IMG/VR virus record: IMGVR_UViG_3300042892_004166
Location: 1-15,096 of that record
DNA length: 15,096 bases
Direction: 5' to 3' (one strand)
Source of the DNA: a virus
Taxonomy: Duplodnaviria; Heunggongvirae; Uroviricota; Caudoviricetes
The translations under genes and the position numbers were made by a program. The notes under the pieces are model-generated. The model ran no database searches and was not told where the DNA came from. It saw nothing but the letters and a program-made list of their open reading frames with translations. Numbering within the stretch: the first letter of the stretch is position 1; the number at the start of each line of letters is the position of its first letter. This document shows positions 7,659-14,649 of the stretch, one piece after another.

Positions 7659-8303
7659 ATGTCAGAAAATAAAAGTATAAAAGACCAGGCAGAGGATATC
7701 CGAAAAGACCTTGACGAATTAATCGGGGCAGGAAGCGGAGAAATATCTGAAGTAATAGAAACTGATGTAGCACTTCCGGCAAGAAGAGCACAAAATCATG
7801 TAACTTTTGCCGAACTTAAAGAGAGCTCTACCCGAAAGGCTAAGAAAACTATTACTGCCTTAATGAAGTTCTATTTGGATGAGGATATTATAGAGCGAGA
7901 TGAGTATATTCAAGCTAAAAAGAAGATGGACGAAATGACAATGAGTTCATTAGTTTATCAACTTCAAGCCGGAGAGCGGGCTCTTACAACCTTGCTTAAT
8001 GCAATTGAAGATGGCGAAGTTGCTCCTAGAATGTTTGAAGTACTTGCAACCCTACAAAAATCAATGCTCGATATAATCAAATCTCAAACAATGTATTTAA
8101 TGGCAACTGAAGAGAGCGCCAAAAGAATTGCACGAGATATTGAGATATACAGAAAACGAGATAACATCAGAGAAATAGAAGTTTCAGGCGGAGACGCAGG
8201 TTCTGGAAATGTTCAAAGAGGTACTAAAGACCTAATGAGAATGATCCGCGAAGGAATCGATTCTTCCGAAGCTGACATTCAAGATGTTGAAATAACAGAA
8301 TAA
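7659..8303 (+). CDS. gp16: Terminase small subunit (T4 gp16-like)
   Basis: 1 nt upstream of the large terminase ATG. APRMFEVLATLQK and RGTKDLMRMI resemble the gp16-family PRAYEV and GSTxDL motifs; helical. Confidence 0.7.
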   Translation: MSENKSIKDQAEDIRKDLDELIGAGSGEISEVIETDVALPARRAQNHVTFAELKESSTRKAKKTITALMKFYLDEDIIERDEYIQAKKKMDEMTMSSLVYQLQAGERALTTLLNAIEDGEVAPRMFEVLATLQKSMLDIIKSQTMYLMATEESAKRIARDIEIYRKRDNIREIEVSGGDAGSGNVQRGTKDLMRMIREGIDSSEADIQDVEITE

Positions 8304-8304
8304 T

Positions 8305-10140
8305 ATGGCAAACGAAGGATATGTTGGAGACAACAAATGGATTCCCTCAGGAGAATCAGACCAGGATGCACAGAAACTAGTATGGTCAACTAAAATCATT
8401 AATGATTTAATGGTTGCGCTTGATAAAGGTTATAGACCCCAAGTCAGCATGCCATTCTACGAAGGAAAACAATTCCTACGAAGAGGTAATATTGTATTTG
8501 AATATACTGATGCAGAACTTAAAGAAATTGCAAAGTGCGCAAATGATATCGTTTACTTTGCAGAAACCTATGCGGTTGTAATGACCGATAATGGTATTCA
8601 ACAGGTAAAATTACGTGAATATCAAAAAGACCTCTTAAGGGACTTTCAACACAATAGATTTAATATTGTCTTAGCATCCAGACAGATGGGTAAAACTGTA
8701 ACTGCCAGTATTTTTAATGCATGGTACCTTACATTTAACTATGACAAAACAACCCTACTACTTGCAAATAAATCTGAATCAACAAAAGAGATTATTGACA
8801 AGGCTAAAGTTGTAATTGAGAACCTTCCATTCTTTATGAAGCCGGGAATTATCAAATATGATGTAATGAACGTAAGGGCTGATAATGGTTGTAGACTTGT
8901 TGGTCAGTCAACTACAGCTAAGTCAGGTATTGGTTTTACTATTCACAATTTATATCTTGATGAGTTTGCTCACGTTCACCCAACGATTGTAAACTCATTC
9001 TATGAAAACGTTTACCCTACGCTTTCTGCATCGAAGATTTCGAGGATTAATATTACCTCTACACCAAATGGATTTAATAAGTTCTATGAAATTTATGCCG
9101 ATGCTGAAAAGGGACTTAATGAATATAAAGCAACCCGAATAGATTGGTGGCAACATCCTGATAGGGACGATGCCTGGTATAAAAGAGAACTTGGAAACTT
9201 AGGTTCTGAAGATGCTTTTAATAGACAATACGGAAATGAGTTTACAAGTTCATCCAGTTTATTATTAAGTCCTGGCACTATGAAAAATATCCGAAAAAAT
9301 GCCAAGAAATTTGTTTGGCATGATATTGAAGAGTTTGAAAATGCCCATATTGATACTCAAGGATTTCTTTCATTTAATCCAAGTTTTGATATTGAAGAGG
9401 CCGGAAACGAAGAAAAATATTATCTATTTACAGTTGATATTGCAGAAGGAAATGGAGGAGACTATTCAGTTATAAATATGTTTGAAGTTGAACCACTTCC
9501 GGATAAAGACATAGAAAATTATATTAATCCAGGAGCGATGTATGATTTTTTCCGGATTAATCAGGTTGGAATATTCCGAAGTAATGAGCATCCAATCGAA
9601 GATTTTGCAAAAATCTTATACATATTAGCACTTGATGTATTTAATGCTGAAAACGTTAAATTGATTATTGAATATAATACTTATGGAAGTATCTTATTGC
9701 AATACCTTTCAACGGTTTTCCCAGGTCGAAATGAATTTGAAGATGAATTGGTCCTAAGATTTAAACACAGGCATGATGCAAAAGCACCAAAACCTGGAAT
9801 ACGACTTAAATCTGATAATAAATCAGTGTTTTGCCAAAACTTTAAAAAGTTTATAGAAATTAATCGTGTTAAAATAAATGACATTCAAACAGTTCAAGAG
9901 GCAAGTCTTTTTGGAATTGTTAAAAACGGAAGTTATGGAGCCCAGATGGGAAATGATGATTCAATCATGACATGCATTACCGCAACCGAATTTTTTACAA
10001 CAGTTGATTATGCCGATTATGTTGAAGAACTATTAGATATTATAGAGCCTGAAAAGCACTCTCTCATGGAGAAAATATTATATAAAAATAATGAAACAAG
10101 TGGAGACCTTCAGTATGACATATACGATTTGTTGGGATAA
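8305..10140 (+). CDS. gp17: Terminase large subunit (T4 gp17-like)
   Basis: Adenine-binding REYQ, Walker A ASRQMGKT, Walker B YLDEFAH, coupling motif TSTPNG, RNase H-fold nuclease motifs TVDIAEGNGGDYS, IEYN, NDDSIM. Uninterrupted 611 aa. Confidence 0.96.
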   Translation: MANEGYVGDNKWIPSGESDQDAQKLVWSTKIINDLMVALDKGYRPQVSMPFYEGKQFLRRGNIVFEYTDAELKEIAKCANDIVYFAETYAVVMTDNGIQQVKLREYQKDLLRDFQHNRFNIVLASRQMGKTVTASIFNAWYLTFNYDKTTLLLANKSESTKEIIDKAKVVIENLPFFMKPGIIKYDVMNVRADNGCRLVGQSTTAKSGIGFTIHNLYLDEFAHVHPTIVNSFYENVYPTLSASKISRINITSTPNGFNKFYEIYADAEKGLNEYKATRIDWWQHPDRDDAWYKRELGNLGSEDAFNRQYGNEFTSSSSLLLSPGTMKNIRKNAKKFVWHDIEEFENAHIDTQGFLSFNPSFDIEEAGNEEKYYLFTVDIAEGNGGDYSVINMFEVEPLPDKDIENYINPGAMYDFFRINQVGIFRSNEHPIEDFAKILYILALDVFNAENVKLIIEYNTYGSILLQYLSTVFPGRNEFEDELVLRFKHRHDAKAPKPGIRLKSDNKSVFCQNFKKFIEINRVKINDIQTVQEASLFGIVKNGSYGAQMGNDDSIMTCITATEFFTTVDYADYVEELLDIIEPEKHSLMEKILYKNNETSGDLQYDIYDLLG

Positions 10141-10156
10141 AATCCATTTTAATTTA

Positions 10157-10165
10157 GATATATAA
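10157..10165 (+). promoter_or_regulatory. Putative late promoter (GATATATAA)
   Basis: Exact motif in the intergenic gap, 36 nt before ATG 10193. Confidence 0.7.
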
Positions 10166-10192
10166 TAAAAGAAAAAAAATACACTTAAAATT

Positions 10193-12481
10193 ATGGCACT
10201 AAGTCCGCAATTATTAAATTTTAAGAGCTCAGGAGTTTATAGACTTGAGTTTGATAAATCTCAGACAGCAAATATAAATGTCGAGACTCTTAGATTAATG
10301 GTAGGTCACTCTAAAAAAGGTCCTTACAACACACCGGTTTTGATTGATTCAGTTGAAACTCTTGTAAATGTGTTTGGAAACATTGATAAAAGTTTAGAAA
10401 AAAAGGGAATGTTTTTCCACAGATCTTGTATCGAAGCACTTTCAAGAGGTCCTATATTAGCACTAAATCTTGAGCAATTTGTTCCTGGAGATATTGCATC
10501 TTACCAAAGTCCAGTAACCTGTGGAGGTGCTGGAGCAGTTAACATTACATCAGATAGTGGTAATTCAGGATACGCAGATTTCTTTGATAATGATAAATTC
10601 ATGGTTCCTTCAGATGCTGAAACATTAGCAACTATAGTTCCTGATAACGATCACGTCTTAAACTTTGTTAATATTAAACAAGAACCAATCACAATCATCG
10701 TAAGACAGGCTCAAGAAGTTAAAGAATTTGACTTAACTGCAAGAGAATGGTATGGTGTTGGAAATGTTCCAGAATACTTAAATGATTTCGATAAAATGTC
10801 AGATTTTATGGTTGATGTATTTGTATTCAAAGGAGAATTCGATGCTGCTGCAATGATAAATGACCCAATCTATTCTGCTTATTTTACAGCAGACGGTTTA
10901 GATAAAACAAAACTTGCACAATTTGCAAACCTTAGACAGGTTAGTTTAATTGCACAATACACAGGTTCTATCTTACCAGGATTTAAAGACCTTGAAGGTA
11001 GAAACTTATATATTGAATCAACTATTAACGCAGAAGCTAGAAGAACTGGTTTATTCTGTGCAGTTAATGAAGATGCAGTTATGGACGAACAAGGAACTCA
11101 AGTTGATTTTGTAGGACATGTTCATAATAGTGCTAATTCTTATGAATTACTATCTCACTATGTTCCTGCAGGTGATAGAGAAACTATATTTGATTTTATA
11201 ACTGATGGCGCTACTATAGGAACTGACAATACATTAGGTAGTTCAAATTTCACTGTAACTTATACGACTGGAGATGAGCCTACAACATTCCCAATTACAG
11301 TTGGACAATACGTTGATTCTGAGAATCTTGGAACTAGACTTGCAAGAGTTAATAGAATTGCAAAAGCAATAGTTGGCGGAGATACTATTTTTACAGTCTA
11401 TACTGATGTAGTACCGGATTACCAAAGTAGAATTATTAAATCTTATGAATCAGCTTCTCTAGTTTATAAGACATTTGTATTACAAAAAGCAAATATAACT
11501 GGAAAAGAAATAAGCGACTATTTATCTGTTCTTTCTGGAGGTAATGGAATCTATGATGCCCTAATCGACAAAGACATTATTGATTTTAGATATGTTGTAG
11601 ATACTTTTACATCTTTTGATGTGAATGGTTTAAACAACAAACGCAATCTTTCTCAATTAGCAAAAGATAGACAAAATGCTGCCGCAATCTTAAATGCACC
11701 AACAATTGAAGATTTCAAAAAATCTACAGACCCATCTTTCACAGATGCAAATGGAGCTTTTGATACTGCTTATATTGCAGATGGTGGTAATCAAGATAAA
11801 AACCCTACTAAAATATATGCTCTACCAAGTATAAATGAAGGTGCAAATTATGCATTCTACTACGGACCTGGTTTAATTGTAAGCGACAATGGAAAAGACA
11901 TTATTGTTCCTCCAGCTGCTTATGTTGCTAACAACTACATCGACAAATACACGAACGCCCTTCCATGGTCAATCGTTGCTGGTCCAAGAAGAGGAGTTGT
12001 ATCTGGTACAAACGTTAAAGGAGTTGAATATTCTTTTGACAAAGGTGATAGAGATATTTTAGAGCCATTTGGTTACAATCCAATTGTATTCCAAAGAGGA
12101 ACAGGTTTAACTATCTTAGGTAATAAAACTGCGCAACAATCTATTAAATCTGCACTTTCTTCTGCTCACGTAAGAGAGGTACTTATTTACATCGAAGATG
12201 GTATGGCAAATATTCTTAAAGATTACGTATTTGAATTTAACACTGCACAAACAAGACTTGAAATCAAGACCCTTGCAGATTCATTCTTACAAGGTGTTAA
12301 ACAAGATAATGGTATTTATGAGTTTAAAAATGTAATGGACTCTACGAATAACACTAATGAGATTATCGATAACAATATGGGTATAATTGATACTTACGTA
12401 GAACCAGTTAAAGGTTTAGAAATTGTAGTTCATAGAACAACAGTTTTAAATACTGGAGAAATTCAATCAGGTAACCTATAA
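10193..12481 (+). CDS. gp18: Contractile tail sheath protein (T4 gp18-like)
   Basis: N-terminal SSGVYRLEFDKS and GHSKKGPYNTPVLI; C-terminal sheath motifs VPPAAYV, PWSIVAGPRRGVV, RDILEPFGYNPIV, GNKT, SSAHVRE, FEFN. Confidence 0.95.
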   Translation: MALSPQLLNFKSSGVYRLEFDKSQTANINVETLRLMVGHSKKGPYNTPVLIDSVETLVNVFGNIDKSLEKKGMFFHRSCIEALSRGPILALNLEQFVPGDIASYQSPVTCGGAGAVNITSDSGNSGYADFFDNDKFMVPSDAETLATIVPDNDHVLNFVNIKQEPITIIVRQAQEVKEFDLTAREWYGVGNVPEYLNDFDKMSDFMVDVFVFKGEFDAAAMINDPIYSAYFTADGLDKTKLAQFANLRQVSLIAQYTGSILPGFKDLEGRNLYIESTINAEARRTGLFCAVNEDAVMDEQGTQVDFVGHVHNSANSYELLSHYVPAGDRETIFDFITDGATIGTDNTLGSSNFTVTYTTGDEPTTFPITVGQYVDSENLGTRLARVNRIAKAIVGGDTIFTVYTDVVPDYQSRIIKSYESASLVYKTFVLQKANITGKEISDYLSVLSGGNGIYDALIDKDIIDFRYVVDTFTSFDVNGLNNKRNLSQLAKDRQNAAAILNAPTIEDFKKSTDPSFTDANGAFDTAYIADGGNQDKNPTKIYALPSINEGANYAFYYGPGLIVSDNGKDIIVPPAAYVANNYIDKYTNALPWSIVAGPRRGVVSGTNVKGVEYSFDKGDRDILEPFGYNPIVFQRGTGLTILGNKTAQQSIKSALSSAHVREVLIYIEDGMANILKDYVFEFNTAQTRLEIKTLADSFLQGVKQDNGIYEFKNVMDSTNNTNEIIDNNMGIIDTYVEPVKGLEIVVHRTTVLNTGEIQSGNL

Positions 12482-12485
12482 TCGT

Positions 12486-12494
12486 GATATATAA
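12486..12494 (+). promoter_or_regulatory. Putative late promoter (GATATATAA)
   Basis: Exact motif in the 33-nt gap, 29 nt before ATG 12515. Confidence 0.7.
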
Positions 12495-12514
12495 AAAAAT
12501 AAAAATTAATTAAC

Positions 12515-13069
12515 ATGGGATTACCACACTATAATCAAGACCAAACGTCTAGAAAAGGTAGAAATTTTGAACCAATCCAGCCTAACCTGTTTGAAGTTAC
12601 AATACTTCCACCAGCTGGTGTTGCAGATGCTCCACTTTTATTACAGCACGTTAATTCAATCTCAGGATTAGAATTATATAAAGACATTGCTGCAGTAGAA
12701 CAAAAATACAAATGGGTTACTAGATCGTTCGCTGGTATGCCTGATGGAACTGCAGTTGATGTAACCATTAACTTCTCATTAAACTTAAATGAAGCAAATC
12801 AAGCTTATTTATACAAAGCAATGAGACAATGGTATAACTTAAGATACGATCCGAATACTGGTACAATGGGTCTTAAAAAAGATTACGTAGGTACTATTGT
12901 TATCGTACAGTTCAACAGAGCTGGAGATATTTATAGAACAGTAACTTTAGAAGATTGCCAAATTTCTTCAGCTTTAGGTTTTACTACTGAATTAAATTAC
13001 GATTCTAAGGATGCTGCTACATTAGAAGTAGGATGGAGATGTGATGCTTGGAAAGAAGTTCTAGCATAA
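12515..13069 (+). CDS. gp19: Tail tube protein (T4 gp19-like)
   Basis: 184 aa directly after the sheath. NLFEVTI, AMRQWYN, YVGTIVIVQFNRAG, TVTLEDC and terminal WRCDAW fit the gp19-type tube family. Confidence 0.88.
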   Translation: MGLPHYNQDQTSRKGRNFEPIQPNLFEVTILPPAGVADAPLLLQHVNSISGLELYKDIAAVEQKYKWVTRSFAGMPDGTAVDVTINFSLNLNEANQAYLYKAMRQWYNLRYDPNTGTMGLKKDYVGTIVIVQFNRAGDIYRTVTLEDCQISSALGFTTELNYDSKDAATLEVGWRCDAWKEVLA

Positions 13070-13082
13070 TTATTTTATAAAG

Positions 13083-13118
13083 TATAGGGAATAATTGATT
13101 TGTTCCCTATATTTTTTT
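13083..13118 (+). terminator. Rho-independent terminator after the tail tube gene
   Basis: Stem TATAGGGAA (13083-13091) / TTCCCTATA (13103-13111) followed by T7 (13112-13118). Confidence 0.8.
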
Positions 13119-13156
13119 GAAACAAAAACATAATATAATGATAATATAATATATTG
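13117..13156 (+). promoter_or_regulatory. Candidate sigma70-like promoter with a direct-repeat operator upstream of the RHH gene
   Basis: TTGAAA (13117-13122)-N17-GATAAT (13140-13145). ATAATATAAT repeated at 13130-13139 and 13141-13150 (11-bp period). Palindrome AATATATT at 13148-13155. No GATATATAA here. Confidence 0.35.
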
Positions 13157-13372
13157 ATGGATAAACTAACCAAAAAGTTACAGGTCTTATTATCAGAAGA
13201 TGAAGTAACTTTAATTAATCGAATAATACTTACTGAAGCTATCGAAACAGGACAAAGACCAATTTCAATCTCAGCATTTATTAGAGATGTTATAAGAACC
13301 GAAATAGACAAGAGAGCAGATACAATAACCAAATTTAATAAAATCGACATTAAAAAACTTAAAAACAAATAA
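13157..13372 (+). CDS. Ribbon-helix-helix (Arc/CopG/MetJ-like) DNA-binding protein
   Basis: Alternating strand KKLQVLL, helix SEDEVTLINRIILTEA, turn, helix SISAFIRDVIRTEI. ATG at 13157 preferred over the track's TTG at 13154. Confidence 0.65.
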   Translation: MDKLTKKLQVLLSEDEVTLINRIILTEAIETGQRPISISAFIRDVIRTEIDKRADTITKFNKIDIKKLKNK

Positions 13373-13375
13373 TTT

Positions 13376-14350
13376 ATGAATACAGAAAATGATTCAAATC
13401 TAGAAGAACAATATAAAAATATGGTTCAGTCTGTAGAAAACCAAGAGGTTTATGTAGAAGTTCCGGAACCAGCACAAGAGGCACCCTTAAATCTAGGAAA
13501 AGTTAACATGCAAAGATTTACTGGAGATAAAGCTGAAGATGCAGATTTTCACCTAGGTTACCACACAATTCCATTACTTTCATTACCTTCAGGTGGTATG
13601 TTTTACCCGGAAGGAACCGAACTTTCAATTAGATCTGCTAAAGTTGCAGAAGTTAGACATTTTTCAACGATTGATGAGACCAACGTGTTAGATATCGATG
13701 AAAAACTGAATACAATAGTAGATTCATGTACAAGAATTACATGTTCAATAAAAAGATTATCTTATAAAGACCTTTTAGAAGAGGACCGTTTTTACGTTAT
13801 TCTTTCTATTAGAGACTTAACTTTTCCAGAGCCAGAATCAAACTTAAAAATTGAGCACACTAGCAAAAAAGGAGAGAAGCATGATATTGAAATTAAAAAA
13901 GATTATTTTCAATACTTTAAAATTCCAACAGAACTTGACAAATATTATGATTCTGAAACAAAATCATTTCAAGTTGAAACGCGTTCATTTGGTACTATTG
14001 AAATGAAACCACCTGCTATCGGAGTTATGCAAAAAATTACTGCATATATTAAAGAAAAGCAGCAAAAAGGACTTAAAGTTGACCAGTCAGTACTTCAAAT
14101 CATTCCATACTTACACAAAGATTGGAGAACTTTTAATGACAAAACAATTTTTGAATTTGAAATTGAATTAAACGGTTGGACAAATAAAAAATACAATCTG
14201 GTTTATACGTTGGCTGAAAAAATGAAAGTCGGAATTCAACCAAACATGCTAGTACAATTAGGGGACGAGGAGGAAGAGGTTCCCATCAGTTTTCGCGACG
14301 GAATCAAATCTCTTTTCATTGTTCAAGATATCGCTGGAGAACTTCTTTAA
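13376..14350 (+). CDS. gp26: T4 gp26-like baseplate hub / tail assembly chaperone ('G-like')
   Basis: LSLPSGGMFYP, IRSAKVAEV, DLLEEDRFYVILSIRDLT resemble gp26-like proteins. Lies between tail tube and tape measure, the canonical chaperone slot. Confidence 0.65.
   Translation: MNTENDSNLEEQYKNMVQSVENQEVYVEVPEPAQEAPLNLGKVNMQRFTGDKAEDADFHLGYHTIPLLSLPSGGMFYPEGTELSIRSAKVAEVRHFSTIDETNVLDIDEKLNTIVDSCTRITCSIKRLSYKDLLEEDRFYVILSIRDLTFPEPESNLKIEHTSKKGEKHDIEIKKDYFQYFKIPTELDKYYDSETKSFQVETRSFGTIEMKPPAIGVMQKITAYIKEKQQKGLKVDQSVLQIIPYLHKDWRTFNDKTIFEFEIELNGWTNKKYNLVYTLAEKMKVGIQPNMLVQLGDEEEEVPISFRDGIKSLFIVQDIAGELL
14262..14350 (+). other. Putative programmed +1 ribosomal frameshift window
   Basis: The +1 frame is open from 14262 to the stop at 14565-14567. 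Three P-site re-pairing sites in the zero frame: TTT_CGC (14291-14296), CTT_TTC (14312-14317), CTT_TAA (14345-14350). GC is 40/90 here versus 16/60 at 14101-14160. Confidence 0.55.
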
Positions 14351-14567
14351 AACGAAGTTTCAAATATATCTTAAACTCCATACGCAACCATCGGAACTTG
14401 AGAGAATGGAATACTATGAATTCCATTATCTTGTTAAAGACTTGATAGAGCATATTAAGGAGGAGAATAAACAGAACACTAATCAAAATGATGCAGCATC
14501 AGGAATGATGGGTAATATGAAAATGCCTAACATGAAAATGCCAAATATTAGCATGCCGAAAATGTAA
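14319..14567 (+). CDS. gp51: T4 gp51-like ORF ('T-like'), probably expressed as a frameshift extension of 13376-14350
   Basis: SLENFFKTKF...SELERMEYYEF...LIEHIKEENK matches my recollection of gp51 (LENYYKTNF...TELENM.PWE...L.EEN). The only start ahead of the conserved part is a TTG inside the upstream gene; the first ATG (14406) would delete most of the conserved segment. Confidence 0.65.
   Translation: MFKISLENFFKTKFQIYLKLHTQPSELERMEYYEFHYLVKDLIEHIKEENKQNTNQNDAASGMMGNMKMPNMKMPNISMPKM
14514..14564 (+). repeat. 15-bp imperfect tandem repeat encoding NMKMP-NMKMP-NISMP-KM
   Basis: AATATGAAAATGCCT (14514), AACATGAAAATGCCA (14529), AATATTAGCATGCCG (14544), AAAATG (14559). Confidence 0.8.
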
Positions 14568-14570
14568 AAC

Positions 14571-14597
14571 AAAGGGTCCCTAATCGGGCCCTTTTTT
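14571..14597 (+). terminator. Rho-independent terminator closing the RHH-gp26-gp51 cassette
   Basis: Stem AAAGGGTCC (14571-14579) / GGGCCCTTT (14586-14594) with one G-U pair, T6 at 14592-14597, 3 nt after the stop. Confidence 0.85.
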
Positions 14598-14602
14598 ATT
14601 TG

Positions 14603-14611
14603 GATATATAA
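14603..14611 (+). promoter_or_regulatory. Putative late promoter (GATATATAA)
   Basis: Exact motif 5 nt after the terminator T-run, 47 nt before GTG 14650. Confidence 0.7.
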
Positions 14612-14649
14612 CAAAGATAAAACCTTTATCCCAAAAAAATCGACAATAG

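Noticed and set aside
8305-10140. Intein, intron or homing endonuclease in the large terminase (a common insertion site)
   Set aside because: 611 aa with all motifs in expected order and spacing; no splice-junction or LAGLIDADG/HNH signatures seen.
3289-12768. Minus-strand ORFs 3289-3531, 7531-7791, 9093-9305, 9681-9884, 11243-11425, 12535-12768
   Set aside because: Short, antisense to well-supported genes, with no motifs or expression signals.
14262-14350. Classical -1 frameshift (X_XXY_YYZ) or sequencing error as the explanation for the gp26/gp51 split
   Set aside because: The downstream ORF is in the +1 frame, so a -1 shift does not reach it (-2 is formally possible). A sequencing indel is not excluded without reads, but the zero frame ends in a plausible GIKSLF-type C-terminus and G/T splits are expected at this position.
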